Assembly: GCA_964577975.1 (NCBI GenBank)
Contig: CAZOBB010000058.1
Span: 19,367-83,366, forward strand
Length of the DNA stretch: 64,000 bases
Source: an uncultured Thermodesulfobacteriota bacterium
GTDB lineage: Bacteria > Desulfobacterota > S145-22
Direction: 5' to 3'
Shown here: positions 19,809-30,532 of the stretch, in pieces
Numbering within the stretch: position 1 is the first letter of the stretch
Layout: every line of letters begins with the position of its first letter
Notes under the pieces: generated by a model
Seen by the model: only the letters and a program-made list of their open reading frames with translations
Database searches by the model: none
What the model was told of the DNA's origin: nothing
Program-made: the position numbers and the translations under genes

Positions 19809-20902
19809 CCCGTTTCATCTTTTGTGGAGGAGGAACGGGAGGACACCTCTTTCCGGGAATCGCCATCGCCCAAGCCATCCGAAAAAAGGCGCCCGACAGC
19901 GCTATTCTCTTCGTGGGAACCCGCCGTGGCTTGGAAGAACGCATCCTTCCTACCTATGGCTTCGATTTTACACCTATCCAAAGCGCTGGCTTCAAAAACC
20001 TCGGTCTGATCAAAAAACTCAAGGCGCTCTTCATCCTGCCAGGGGGCGTGATCGAAGGGTTGCGCCTGTTACGATCCTTCAACCCCCATGTCGTCATTGG
20101 GCTAGGGAGTTACTCCGCCCTCCCCGTCATGATCGCAGGCATCCTAAAACGGACCAAACGGGTCCTCCAAGAGCAGAACAGCCTTCCCGGCCTCACCAAT
20201 CGCATCTTGGCTCCCTTCGCCCACAAGATCTTCATCTCCTTCGAGAACACACAGAGATGGTTTCCCAAGGCAAAAACCCTCCTCACCGGCAATCCCATCC
20301 GAGAAGAAATCTGTAGGAAAAGACAAACACCGTCTTCCCGCGAATCCTTTCACCTCCTCGTCTTGGGTGGAAGCCTCGGGGCCCATGCCATCAACGAACT
20401 GTGCGTGGCAACCCTTCCTTCTCTCCTCGCGTCGCATCCTTCTCTCCATATCCATATCCAAACCGGAAAAAACGATTACGCCATGGTCAAGCAAGCCTTT
20501 GAAAAATTTTCGGAGAGGGTTGTCGTATCCGACTTCATCGAAGACATGGCCTCCGTTTACAAATGGGCTCATCTTGTCATCTCGCGTGCGGGAGCCATCA
20601 CGCTTTCGGAGATCGCCGCTTGCGGCCTCCCCGCCATTCTCATTCCTTATCCTCACGCCGCGAACGATCATCAGACGGAGAACGCCAGGGCCTTCGTTTC
20701 CAAGGGAGGGGCTGTCATGTTCCTCCAAACTCAACTCCAAAAAGGGGTTTTCATCAATGTCCTCGAAGAATTTCTCCGCAACCCCCGAAAGCTTCAAGAA
20801 ATGGCGGACCGGATGAAATCGTTGGGGCGCCCCAAGGCGGCCGAAACCATTGCGGAATCCCTTTTGGCCCTCGCAAATCCCCGCGGAGGAGAAACATGGT
20901 GA
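19802..20902 (+). CDS. murG: Undecaprenyldiphospho-muramoylpentapeptide beta-N-acetylglucosaminyltransferase
   Basis: GGGTGGHLFPG, EQNSLPG, GNPIR, GGSLGA, RAGA, HQTENA. Confidence 0.97.
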   Translation: MVARFIFCGGGTGGHLFPGIAIAQAIRKKAPDSAILFVGTRRGLEERILPTYGFDFTPIQSAGFKNLGLIKKLKALFILPGGVIEGLRLLRSFNPHVVIGLGSYSALPVMIAGILKRTKRVLQEQNSLPGLTNRILAPFAHKIFISFENTQRWFPKAKTLLTGNPIREEICRKRQTPSSRESFHLLVLGGSLGAHAINELCVATLPSLLASHPSLHIHIQTGKNDYAMVKQAFEKFSERVVVSDFIEDMASVYKWAHLVISRAGAITLSEIAACGLPAILIPYPHAANDHQTENARAFVSKGGAVMFLQTQLQKGVFINVLEEFLRNPRKLQEMADRMKSLGRPKAAETIAESLLALANPRGGETW

Positions 20903-22278
20903 TTCAAAAACGCTTTTATAAGGTACACTTCGTCGGTATCGGGGGAATTGGCATGAGTGGTATCGCCGAACTTTTGCACAATCTTGGATACGAGGTTTCC
21001 GGCTCCGATTTAAAAGAATCCGAAAACACGCGGCGACTCGCCACCATGGGATGCACCATTCATTATGGTCACCACGCCGACCACGTCAAAGGGGCGCATG
21101 TCGCCGTTATGTCATCCGCCGTTCATCCCGACAATCCAGAGATCGTGGCCGCCCGCAATCTCCAAATCCCCGTGATCCCCCGCGCGGAGATGTTGGCCGA
21201 ACTCATGCGGATGAAACAGGGGATTGCCATCGCGGGAAGCCACGGCAAGACCACGACAACTTCTCTCATCGCCACCATCCTGAATCACGCCGAGCTGGAT
21301 CCTACCATCGTCATTGGGGGAAAGTTAAACAGCATCGGGGGAAACGCCCGCTTGGGAGAGGGAGACTACCTCGTGGCGGAGGCGGATGAAAGCGACGGCT
21401 CCTTTCTCAAGCTCAATCCTATCCTTGCCATCATCACCAATATCGACCCTGAACACATGGAGCATTTCAAGACCATGGACAATCTCCGCGAAGCCTTTAT
21501 CTCCTTCGCGAATAAAGTTCCTTTTTACGGAGCCGCAATCGTATGTCTCGATCACCCGGAGATCCAACGGATCCTCCCGAAAATACAGAAACGAATCGTC
21601 ACTTACGGCGTCTCCACGCAGGCCGACTTCCAAGCCACCAATATCCGCCAGGAAGAATTTGAAACCATCTTCGATTTGACCATTCGCCAGGTGCCATCGG
21701 GTGAAATACGCGTCCGAATGCCGGGGAGACACAATGCCCTGAATGCCTTAGCGGCAATCGCCACCGCCCAAGAGCTTGGTATCGACCTCGACACAACCAA
21801 GGCGGCACTTCACGCCTTCGAAGGCATCCAACGACGTTTCCAACTTCGTCACAACATCAACGATATCCTTATCATCGACGATTATGGTCATCATCCCAGA
21901 GAAATCGAAGCCACCCTTAAAGCGGCGAAAGCGGGGTGGAATCGAAGAGTTATCGCGGTGTTCCAGCCCCATCGCTATACTCGCGTTCGAGATCTATCGG
22001 ATGAGTTTCACCGCTGTTTCTACGAGGCGGACAAACTAATCGTTACAGACATCTACCCGGCTGGCGAGCTCCCCATTGAAGGGGTCCACGCCAAAAACAT
22101 CTATGAAGGAATCCTCCATCATGGCCATCGGGATGTCACCTACATCCCGAACAAGGAGGAAATTGCCTCCGCCCTCGCCTCCATCGTACAACCAAACGAC
22201 ATGGTCATCACTTTGGGCGCGGGAGACATTTGGAGGGTCGGTGAGGAACTGGCACGCTACCTAGAAAAAACCAAATGA
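20896..22278 (+). CDS. murC: UDP-N-acetylmuramate--L-alanine ligase
   Basis: HFVGIGGIGMSG, GSHGKTTTT, EADESDGSF, DDYGHHP, FQPHRY; start at ATG 20896 behind GGAGGAG. Confidence 0.97.
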   Translation: MVIQKRFYKVHFVGIGGIGMSGIAELLHNLGYEVSGSDLKESENTRRLATMGCTIHYGHHADHVKGAHVAVMSSAVHPDNPEIVAARNLQIPVIPRAEMLAELMRMKQGIAIAGSHGKTTTTSLIATILNHAELDPTIVIGGKLNSIGGNARLGEGDYLVAEADESDGSFLKLNPILAIITNIDPEHMEHFKTMDNLREAFISFANKVPFYGAAIVCLDHPEIQRILPKIQKRIVTYGVSTQADFQATNIRQEEFETIFDLTIRQVPSGEIRVRMPGRHNALNALAAIATAQELGIDLDTTKAALHAFEGIQRRFQLRHNINDILIIDDYGHHPREIEATLKAAKAGWNRRVIAVFQPHRYTRVRDLSDEFHRCFYEADKLIVTDIYPAGELPIEGVHAKNIYEGILHHGHRDVTYIPNKEEIASALASIVQPNDMVITLGAGDIWRVGEELARYLEKTK

Positions 22279-23195
22279 AGGTAAGGTGGATGACAACGCT
22301 GGAAAACCAATTCGGAGACGCTTTTGCCATGAATTATCCCCTGGCCCCGCACACCACTTTCAAAATCGGGGGCGCAGCCCAAGGGTTCCTCGTCGTCACG
22401 AGCGAAACACAGCTCGTTTCGGCTCTGACAACCCTGTTGGAGGAAAACGTTCCTTTCCTTGTTCTGGGAAAGGGAGCCAATCTAATCTTTTCTGACAGCG
22501 GATTCAAGGGATTGGTCATCCAACTGAAAGGGGAATTCGAGGAGATCAAAATTACCCATCACGATGAAGAAAACGTCTTCTTGGAGGCAGGAGCCGGCGT
22601 TGAAATGTCCCGGCTTCTCAATTATACCGCTAGGGCCGGTTTCAAAGGGCTGGAGCCCTTGACAGGAATTCCCGCCACTGTAGGGGGAGCCATCCGAATG
22701 AATGCGGGAATTCCCTCCTTCACCATTTCAGAAGCCCTTACATCCGTCGTATGTTTGACTCACACCCTTTCCACTGTGAGGATCGGAATACAGGATCTCT
22801 CCCCGTCGTACCGGTCCTTAAATCTACCGGACAGATGGATAATTCTCCGCGCCACGTTCAAGCTACGAAAAGGCTCTCCCGAAACCGTCCGAAAGGAGAT
22901 GGAAGCGTATCGAAATAAAAGGACAAGCCAGCGGTGGCGGAAATTCCCCTCCGCGGGGTCTATCTTCAAAAATCCCAAAGGGAAGTACGCGGGACAGCTT
23001 ATTGAATCGTGTGGTTTCAAAGGATACAAGATCGGGGATGCGCAAGTCTCCCCGGACCACGCGAATGTAATCGTAAACCTTGGAAACGCCCGAGCGAAGG
23101 ATGTTCTCCGTCTCATCGACCTTATCCAAAAAAGGGTGTTCGAAAAAACGGGAATTCATCTCGAGCCGGAGGTTGTCATTGCTGAAGAAGGATAA
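22275..23195 (+). CDS. murB: UDP-N-acetylenolpyruvoylglucosamine reductase
   Basis: TTFKIGG, GIPATVGGAIRMNAG, SAGSIFKNP, HANVIVN, LEPEV. Confidence 0.95.
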   Translation: MKVRWMTTLENQFGDAFAMNYPLAPHTTFKIGGAAQGFLVVTSETQLVSALTTLLEENVPFLVLGKGANLIFSDSGFKGLVIQLKGEFEEIKITHHDEENVFLEAGAGVEMSRLLNYTARAGFKGLEPLTGIPATVGGAIRMNAGIPSFTISEALTSVVCLTHTLSTVRIGIQDLSPSYRSLNLPDRWIILRATFKLRKGSPETVRKEMEAYRNKRTSQRWRKFPSAGSIFKNPKGKYAGQLIESCGFKGYKIGDAQVSPDHANVIVNLGNARAKDVLRLIDLIQKRVFEKTGIHLEPEVVIAEEG

Positions 23196-24117
23196 TCTCA
23201 AATCGCAGACGATCGGCGTTCTGATGGGGGGAATGTCCAAAGAGCGGGAAATCTCTCTCAAGACGGGAACGGCCATCGCGAACGCCCTGAAAAAGAAGGG
23301 TTACCACGTGGAACCGATCGACGTCCGAGAAGATGTCTGCCTTCAACTTAAAGAAAAGGGCATCGAAGTCGCTTTTATCGCCCTCCATGGCCGCTGGGGA
23401 GAAGACGGAACGATTCAAGGTCTTCTGGAAATTCTTAAAATCCCCTACACGGGATCGGGAGTTAAATCAAGCGCCAACGCCATGGATAAAATTACATCGA
23501 AGAAACTCTTTCTACAGGCGGGGCTTCCCACACCTCCCTACGACGTCTTGGACAAACCCACCCCAACTCCCATTCGTCCTCTTCCTCTTGTGGTCAAACC
23601 TACCATGGAGGGTTCCACCATCGGCGTTTCAGTAGTCAGATCAAAAAAAGAGTGGATCCAGGCCTTAAAAATCGCTTTCGAGAGCGACACGAAAATCCTT
23701 ATCGAACCGTTCATCGCGGGAAGGGAAATCACCGCCGCGATTCTTGATGGGATGCCCCTCCCCCTCATCCATATTGAACCCCACGAGGGATTTTATGACT
23801 ACACCTCCAAATACACACCCGGAAAGACGACCTACCACGTGCCCGCGGATGTGGACAAGGAAACGGAGAAACGGCTTACGACGGTCGCACTTCAGGCATA
23901 CGAAATTCTCGAATGCGAGGGATGTGCCCGCGTGGATATGATCCTATCCGAAGAAAGTGGGCCCATGATCCTGGAAGTCAACACCATCCCTGGCATGACT
24001 CCAACGAGCCTCGTTCCGAAAGCTGCTCAGGCGAAGGGTATGTCCTTCGAAGATCTCGCCGAGGCCATTCTTCTCTCAGCTTCACTAAAAACCATTCCAG
24101 GGGGAAAAAATAGGTGA
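23179..24117 (+). CDS. ddl: D-alanine--D-alanine ligase
   Basis: GG.SKEREISL, LHGRWGEDG.IQG, YTGSG, FYDYTSKY, EVNTIPGMT; TTG start behind GGAGG. Confidence 0.96.
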   Translation: MLKKDNLKSQTIGVLMGGMSKEREISLKTGTAIANALKKKGYHVEPIDVREDVCLQLKEKGIEVAFIALHGRWGEDGTIQGLLEILKIPYTGSGVKSSANAMDKITSKKLFLQAGLPTPPYDVLDKPTPTPIRPLPLVVKPTMEGSTIGVSVVRSKKEWIQALKIAFESDTKILIEPFIAGREITAAILDGMPLPLIHIEPHEGFYDYTSKYTPGKTTYHVPADVDKETEKRLTTVALQAYEILECEGCARVDMILSEESGPMILEVNTIPGMTPTSLVPKAAQAKGMSFEDLAEAILLSASLKTIPGGKNR

Positions 24118-24908
24118 AAAAGGGAACAGACAAGACATCTCGCTTGAAATCGACTTTCAAGGTGCTCCATCGCCTGACATGGGTCTTTCTCTTTGCCCTT
24201 TTTTGCGCCCTTTTCGTTTACTCCGGCAACCGAATCTACCGTCAGCTGTTGACCTCGTCTTTCTTCCAAACCACTCATGTAGAAATTCACGGGAACCATA
24301 CCCTTTCCAAAACAGACATTCTCTACTATCTCGGCCTCAACACCAGGCCCAATCTTTTAAGACTGAACCTGAAATCCCTATACGCAAAGCTTACTTCCCA
24401 TCCATGGATCAGGCACGCAAGTATCCAACGCCGCCTGCCAAATACCCTTCTGATCACGATTGAAGAGCGCATTCCCGTGGCCATTCTGAAAGCTGGCAGA
24501 TTCTTCTACGTGGATGGAGACGGATGCGTGTTTGACACGATCAACAAAGAAGTGGGGTGCGATTTTCCCATCCTAACCGGCCCTCGAAAGCCTTCGGAAA
24601 TACGGGCTTATCTGCCTCTCATCAAGGAAGCCCTTACGCTCATCAGCCCTCGAACCAACTCGCTCATCTCGGAAATTCATCTCGATCTTTATCACGGTCT
24701 TACCCTCATTACCCTCACCGATTCACTACCCGTCAAGCTGGGATTGCAAAACCTTCCTTCTCGACTACGGAGGTTTCAAATCATCTACCATTACCTCAGG
24801 AGAAAGGAAATCATCGTCAAAGCCATCGATTGTCGATATCCCGATCGTATCGTCGTTACCTATAAAAACCCCCCTTCTGCGGAGGATAAACGTGAAAAAA
24901 CTGGATAA
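24114..24908 (+). CDS. ftsQ: Cell division protein FtsQ/DivIB
   Basis: Single TM, POTRA-like domain (HPWIRHASIQRRLPNTL.I.IEER.P), position between ddl and ftsA. Confidence 0.88.
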   Translation: MKKGTDKTSRLKSTFKVLHRLTWVFLFALFCALFVYSGNRIYRQLLTSSFFQTTHVEIHGNHTLSKTDILYYLGLNTRPNLLRLNLKSLYAKLTSHPWIRHASIQRRLPNTLLITIEERIPVAILKAGRFFYVDGDGCVFDTINKEVGCDFPILTGPRKPSEIRAYLPLIKEALTLISPRTNSLISEIHLDLYHGLTLITLTDSLPVKLGLQNLPSRLRRFQIIYHYLRRKEIIVKAIDCRYPDRIVVTYKNPPSAEDKREKTG

Positions 24909-26118
24909 TCTCGTCGTCGGACTCGATATAGGCACCACAAAAATCTGTGCAGTCGTCGGCAATGTGATCGAGGGACAGCTCAACATCATTGCCAAAGGGA
25001 TTCATCCCTCCAAAGGGCTCCGAAAAGGGGTTGTCATCAATATCGATGCCACGGTCGAGTCCATAAAACGCGCCGTGGAAGAGGCCGAGCTCATGGCCGA
25101 CTGTGAAATCACATCCGTCTATGCGGGTGTGGCGGGAGGCCACATACGCGGGATGAACAGCCACGGAATCATCGCCGTAAAATCGAGAGAAATCACGCAG
25201 CGTGACGTCCAGCGGGTCATCGAGACAGCCAGTGCCGTCGCCCTGCCCATGGATCGGGAAGTAATCCATGTCATTCCTCAAGAATTCATCGTGGACGACC
25301 AAACGGGGATACGAGATCCCGTTGGGATGGCGGGTGTCCGCCTCGAAGGCAAGGTCCACATCATCACGGGCGCCGTCACCTCCGCCCAAAACATCATCAA
25401 ATGCGCCAATAAAGCGGGATTGGACGTCAACGATATTATCCTCGAACAGTTGGGGGCTAGTGAAGCCGTGCTGGATCGGGACGAAAGAGAGATCGGGGTC
25501 GCCCTTTTAGACATCGGAGGAGGCACGACCGATCTTGCCATCTTCGTGGGAGGCACGATTCAACACACGTCGGTCATCGCCCTAGCAGGCAATCATGTAA
25601 CCCACGATATCTCCATTGGATTGAGAACTCCCAAACTGGAGGCGGAACGCCTCAAATTGAAGTATGGGTGCGCCATGGCTTCCATGATTCGCAAGGACGA
25701 AACGATCGAAGTACCGAGCGTGGGTGGAAGAAAACCCCGGATCCTTTCGCGAAAAACCCTCGCGGAAATCATCGAACCGAGAATGGAGGAAATCTTTGAG
25801 CTCATCAATCAAAAACTCAATGAATCCGGTTTGGCGGACCTCCTTGGTGCAGGAATCGTTCTCACCGGAGGGGGCAGCATCATGGAAGGAACCGTAGAGT
25901 TGGCCGAAAAAGTCTTTGGAATGCCTATCCGGCTGGGTATTCCGAGAGGGATTGGGGGACTTACCGATGTGGTCTCTTCCCCCTTGTACGCCACAGCGGT
26001 GGGCCTGGCCCTCTACGGCAGCAAAAACCTGCACCAAACGCGTTTCAAGGCGCAGGACAACAATATCTTCAAAAAGGTTTTGATTCGGATGAAGGAATGG
26101 CTAGGAGAATACTTTTAA
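24892..26118 (+). CDS. ftsA: Cell division protein FtsA
   Basis: [27 protein letters not shown] and C-terminal amphipathic helix (MKEWLGEYF). Confidence 0.97.
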   Translation: MKKLDNLVVGLDIGTTKICAVVGNVIEGQLNIIAKGIHPSKGLRKGVVINIDATVESIKRAVEEAELMADCEITSVYAGVAGGHIRGMNSHGIIAVKSREITQRDVQRVIETASAVALPMDREVIHVIPQEFIVDDQTGIRDPVGMAGVRLEGKVHIITGAVTSAQNIIKCANKAGLDVNDIILEQLGASEAVLDRDEREIGVALLDIGGGTTDLAIFVGGTIQHTSVIALAGNHVTHDISIGLRTPKLEAERLKLKYGCAMASMIRKDETIEVPSVGGRKPRILSRKTLAEIIEPRMEEIFELINQKLNESGLADLLGAGIVLTGGGSIMEGTVELAEKVFGMPIRLGIPRGIGGLTDVVSSPLYATAVGLALYGSKNLHQTRFKAQDNNIFKKVLIRMKEWLGEYF

Positions 26119-26146
26119 CCATAACATCCAAAAGGAGGGGAATAGC

Positions 26147-27325
26147 ATGATAAACTTCGAAGAGGAAAAAAACTTCACGGCAAGGGTAAAGATCATTGGT
26201 ATTGGAGGTGGCGGGTGCAACGCCATCGACAACATGATCGAGGCGGGACTTAAAGGGGTCGATTTTATTGCGGCAAACACCGACGCCCAGGCGCTGAGCG
26301 CCTCCAAGGCACCCGTAAAGATCCAACTTGGCGCGAAGCTTACCAAGGGGCTAGGGGCAGGTGCCAACCCCAAAGTGGGAGAGGAAGCCGCTTTGGAAGA
26401 CGTGGATACCATCAAGAGCGCCTTGATGGGGGCCGATATGGTCTTCGTAACAGCGGGAATGGGGGGCGGAACCGGCACGGGAGGTGCCCCCATCATCGCA
26501 AAAATTGCCAAGGAAATCGGGGCATTGACCGTGGCAATCGTCACCAAACCGTTCGAATTCGAAGGAAAACGGCGAATGGAACAGGCAGAGGCTGGCATCA
26601 GCCATCTCAAACGGATCGCCGATACGTTGATCGCCATCCCCAATCAACGCCTCCTTTCCGTAACCGGAAAGAATATCTCGTTCATGGATGCCTTCAAGGT
26701 CGCCGACGACATCCTTCTCCAGGCGGCCAAGGGAATCTCCGACCTTATCTTGGTGCGGGGGCTTATCAATCTCGATTTCGCCGACGTGCGTACCATCATG
26801 TCCGAAATGGGTATGGCACTCATGGGGACGGGTATCGCCTCCGGCGAAAACCGAGCGGGAAACGCGGCTCAAATGGCCATTTCAAATCCTTTACTCGAAG
26901 ATCTCACCATCGACGGCGCACGGGGAATCTTGATTAACATCTCAGGCAATCGCTCCATGACCCTCAATGAGATCCACGAAGCATCTTCCCTCATTCGAAA
27001 CGCCGCCCATGAAGATGCCAACATAATCTTCGGTGCCGTGGTAGATGAATCGTTGGGAGAAAGTGTCCGAGTCACAGTGATCGCAACGGGTTTTGGAAAG
27101 GAAGAGGAAATGCCCAAACCCCAAATCACCGAAAATGTCATGCCGTTCACGCAGAGACTCACAGGAGAGGCGCAGGAAGAAAGGGGAAAAAGATTTTCTT
27201 TTAACTTCCGCTCGAAGAAGCTCCCGGAGTTTGAAGACATCACCTACACGAAGGTCGGGGTGATCGACGATCTGAATCACGACGAGTACGATGTTCCCGC
27301 CTTCTTGAGGAAACAGGCCGACTGA
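26147..27325 (+). CDS. ftsZ: Cell division protein FtsZ
   Basis: GGGGCNA, tubulin signature [17 protein letters not shown]-terminal DVPAFLRKQ. Confidence 0.98.
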   Translation: MINFEEEKNFTARVKIIGIGGGGCNAIDNMIEAGLKGVDFIAANTDAQALSASKAPVKIQLGAKLTKGLGAGANPKVGEEAALEDVDTIKSALMGADMVFVTAGMGGGTGTGGAPIIAKIAKEIGALTVAIVTKPFEFEGKRRMEQAEAGISHLKRIADTLIAIPNQRLLSVTGKNISFMDAFKVADDILLQAAKGISDLILVRGLINLDFADVRTIMSEMGMALMGTGIASGENRAGNAAQMAISNPLLEDLTIDGARGILINISGNRSMTLNEIHEASSLIRNAAHEDANIIFGAVVDESLGESVRVTVIATGFGKEEEMPKPQITENVMPFTQRLTGEAQEERGKRFSFNFRSKKLPEFEDITYTKVGVIDDLNHDEYDVPAFLRKQAD

Positions 27326-27330
27326 GGTGT

Positions 27331-28980
27331 ATGCGCGCGAAGGGAACAGCATGGGGAAAAAGGATCGCTATCGCATTGGCCTACCCCAACCTCCCCTCCG
27401 TTGGGATGGCCAATCTAGGATTTCAAACCTTGCACCAACGCCTCAATCAACGAGAGGATGTGATCTGCGAAAGATTCTTTTTTCACCCACCCCGTAGCGA
27501 CGGAAGGGGGAATTCCCCTCCTCCCCCTTCCGTTCCGCGCAGTTGGGATTCAGGAAATCCCATTACCGCTTTTGACATCCTTGCCTTTTCCATTCCTTTC
27601 GAAAACGATTTCATCAATATCTTAACCTTTCTTTCTCTCTCCAACATCCCCCTTGAAAGCCTTCAACGAAATCCAGATAGTCCCCTCGTCATCGCGGGGG
27701 GTATGACTTCCTTCATCAATCCCGAACCCATCGCCCCTTTCATCGATATCTTTCTCATCGGGGAAGGAGAAACCCTTCTCGATACCTTTTTAGACACCTT
27801 CTCACGCTACCGACCCGATATTGTGAACCGAGACTTTCGTCCCCTGCTCGATATTCCAGGCATCTATATCCCGTCCTTTTACGACATCGACTATTCTCCC
27901 GAAGGCTCCATCGCTTCTCGCACCGCCCACCCGCCCGCTCCTACTTCGATTCCCAAACAGGTAGAAAGGGACATCAACCGATTTATCACCTTTTACACCT
28001 TTCCCAAAGAAGCTTCTGAATTCTCCGACATGGCCATCCTTGAAGTAAATCGCGGATGCCCCCGGGGGTGTCGCTTTTGCGCGGCCGGCTATCTATGCCT
28101 TCCCTTCCGGAATCGTTCCCTCGAGTCCCTTGTGGCGTTCCTCAGGGAGACTCGTCCCTCCCAATCGACCATCGGCCTTTTGGGAACGGGTGTCTCCGAT
28201 CACCCGGACCTTCTTCCCCTCAGCCGAGAGATCCTTTCCCTCGGCTATCACGTCTCCTTCTCATCTCTTCGGATCGACCGCATCTCCGACACCCTTGCCA
28301 GTCTCCTCAAAAAGGGCGGGCAAAAAACCGTCACGCTCGCTCCCGAAGCGGGATCCCAGCGACTCCGAAATCTCCTCAAAAAGGATATCTCCGAAGAACA
28401 AATCCTCGAAGCCGTCGACATCCTCGCTACCTATGACATTTTGAACCTCAAACTCTACTTCATGATTGGCCTCCCCGGTGAGACGATGGACGACATCCAC
28501 GCCATTCTCTCTCTCATCAGGAAGATCCGGCATACCGTTCTCAAACACCGATACCAAAACAAACGTCTTGGGAGGATAACCGTCACCATCAGCCCCTACG
28601 TCCCCAAACCCGGCACCCCCTTTCAATGGTTTCCTTTCCTGGATCTGTCTGACATAAAAACGCGGCTCGGCTGGCTGAAAAAAAACCTTTCGAAAGAAGC
28701 CAATACCCACGTCATCGCCGACCTTCCCAAATGGGCCTATATTCAAGCCATCCTTTCAAAGGGAGATCGACGGATCTCCATGCTTCTCAAACGCGTGCAT
28801 CAAAATGGGGGAAACTGGCCCCAAAGTTTCAAAGAGTCTCCCATCAATCCAGACTTTTTCGCGACCCGGCTCTTGGATGAAAAAGAAATTCTACCATGGG
28901 ATTTCATCGATACGGGTATCTCCAAATCACGACTTCTCAAGGAGTACCGCCAAGCCCTCCAAGAAATGGCAGCCTTCTAA
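27331..28980 (+). CDS. Radical SAM protein with N-terminal B12-binding-like region
   Basis: CxxxCxxC (GCPRGCRFC), YPNL..VGMANLGFQ, APEAGSQRLR, YFMIGLPGE, YVPKPGTPFQW. Confidence 0.88.
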   Translation: MRAKGTAWGKRIAIALAYPNLPSVGMANLGFQTLHQRLNQREDVICERFFFHPPRSDGRGNSPPPPSVPRSWDSGNPITAFDILAFSIPFENDFINILTFLSLSNIPLESLQRNPDSPLVIAGGMTSFINPEPIAPFIDIFLIGEGETLLDTFLDTFSRYRPDIVNRDFRPLLDIPGIYIPSFYDIDYSPEGSIASRTAHPPAPTSIPKQVERDINRFITFYTFPKEASEFSDMAILEVNRGCPRGCRFCAAGYLCLPFRNRSLESLVAFLRETRPSQSTIGLLGTGVSDHPDLLPLSREILSLGYHVSFSSLRIDRISDTLASLLKKGGQKTVTLAPEAGSQRLRNLLKKDISEEQILEAVDILATYDILNLKLYFMIGLPGETMDDIHAILSLIRKIRHTVLKHRYQNKRLGRITVTISPYVPKPGTPFQWFPFLDLSDIKTRLGWLKKNLSKEANTHVIADLPKWAYIQAILSKGDRRISMLLKRVHQNGGNWPQSFKESPINPDFFATRLLDEKEILPWDFIDTGISKSRLLKEYRQALQEMAAF

Positions 28981-29516
28981 GAGGCCCCCGTTTTATACCG
29001 TCGGAGACGCAATAGGTTAAAATAGTTCACGGTAAAATGCGCCAACATAGGCGTGAGGAGGGAACCGCTCAGGCAAAACGCCCCTCCAAGGATGTAGCCG
29101 ACGATCCACGCAACCACCCCCCATAGCAGAAAAGATCGTCGCCCCCCATAATGCAAAAAACCAAACAGGAATGAACTGAGGTGGATACCCGTCCATTGCA
29201 TCAAAACCCCGCGAAAAAGAAGTTCCTCCGCCCACGCCGACAAAAAGGAAAGAAACACGATATCGGAAAAACTCAAAGGAAGAAGGTAGCGCGCCAAAAG
29301 GGTATTGAGCCGTTGGAAAGGGGAAAACTTATCAAGCATCCGGCTTGTCACAACAAGTCCCAATCCTATTCCTAAACCCGCGAAAACCACTTTTCCCCAA
29401 AAAGGCCCCTCCTTGGGAATCCCCATTCTCCAGGGAAAGATATGCAGAAACGAGGCAAGAAGCCATGCAACGATTCCCATCGCAAGATAGAAAAGTCCCG
29501 CTCCTATCTTCATCAC
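28977..29516 (-). CDS. CPBP family (Abi/CAAX) intramembrane glutamic endopeptidase
   Basis: EE-x3-R (AEELLFRG), FGFLH and H-x3-N (AHFTVN) motifs. Confidence 0.88.
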   Translation of the reverse strand: MMKIGAGLFYLAMGIVAWLLASFLHIFPWRMGIPKEGPFWGKVVFAGLGIGLGLVVTSRMLDKFSPFQRLNTLLARYLLPLSFSDIVFLSFLSAWAEELLFRGVLMQWTGIHLSSFLFGFLHYGGRRSFLLWGVVAWIVGYILGGAFCLSGSLLTPMLAHFTVNYFNLLRLRRYKTGAS

Positions 29517-30529
29517 CGCTTGGGCCTTTCCTTCGTTGCGATCAGAAGGGTATTTCCCCCCCGTAACTCAATGGACTTTCGAAGAGCGAGTCCAGCCTCT
29601 TCTAGCCACTGTCCCGCCTGAGAAAGGCGGAAACAATCCCCCTTTGGCGTTCCCATCATCATCAAAAGGCGAAAAAGAACCGCCTCTCGAGGAAGGGTTT
29701 CCGTTTCATCCAAGAAATAGTCGAGAAGGAAAAGGTCTCCACCAGTTCTAAGTAACGCCGCCGCTTTTTGTAAAAGGAATCGATTGTCCTTTTCGGGATA
29801 GAGATGAATGAGATGAGAAATCAAGATTCGATCAAACGGCCCTTCGGGCAGTGAATCCGTATAAGCGTTACACGTAAAGAATCGTATTCGCGCCCCTTCA
29901 GAATCCGAGGCGAGCATTTTCTTCGTTATCTCCACGGCATCAGGAAGATCCGCCACCGTGACAGTCACATGGGGAACATGGCGTGCTATCGCAAGGGCAT
30001 ACCCTCCACCCCCTCCTCCAACGTCCAAAAAACGAGTAACGCCTTCCCACGAAACAGCACCCATCCATTCCTGCGCCACATAGCTGGCATGGGCCCGCAT
30101 GGCTCGCAGAAATAATTCAAGGGATTGTGGATAGGCATCCTTTTCCTTCTGGGTCGGCGGGATGCTTTCCCCCCTCCGCACACCTCCTTCGAGCCTCTCT
30201 CCCCATACCTCATAGAGATGATCGTGATGAATCAAATCGTTTACCATTTCCGGAAATTCTTCCAAACACCTCTTTATCTCACCCCGTAATTGATACCGTT
30301 CCCCTTGAAACTCAAAGATTCCAAGACTAACAAGGGCATTGAGAAACAGTCGCGCCCCCCTCGGAGACACCCGACAAGCCCTCGCAAATCCTTCTGCCGT
30401 AAGAGGGGGAAAAGTGGTCGATAAGAAACCCAGTTTGGCCGCAACGGTAAGAACTTTCGAGGAGGCATAACCCTCCTTCATCTGGAGAATCTCTGTCAGT
30501 CCTGTCCGTTCCTTTCCCATCTCGAGCAC
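29513..30529 (-). CDS. SAM-dependent O-methyltransferase with winged-helix dimerisation domain (Methyltransf_2-like)
   Basis: N-terminal wHTH (LFLNALVSLG) and SAM motif FLDVGGGGGGY; overlaps the next gene by 4 nt. Confidence 0.85.
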   Translation of the reverse strand: MLEMGKERTGLTEILQMKEGYASSKVLTVAAKLGFLSTTFPPLTAEGFARACRVSPRGARLFLNALVSLGIFEFQGERYQLRGEIKRCLEEFPEMVNDLIHHDHLYEVWGERLEGGVRRGESIPPTQKEKDAYPQSLELFLRAMRAHASYVAQEWMGAVSWEGVTRFLDVGGGGGGYALAIARHVPHVTVTVADLPDAVEITKKMLASDSEGARIRFFTCNAYTDSLPEGPFDRILISHLIHLYPEKDNRFLLQKAAALLRTGGDLFLLDYFLDETETLPREAVLFRLLMMMGTPKGDCFRLSQAGQWLEEAGLALRKSIELRGGNTLLIATKERPKR

Positions 30530-30532
30530 TAT

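Noticed and set aside
20563-20895. 111-aa N-terminal extension of MurC (also the extensions called for murE, ddl, ftsW, hslV, hslU, mraY)
   Set aside because: They overlap the upstream gene in another frame; internal starts with a good SD or stop/start overlap give normal-length proteins.
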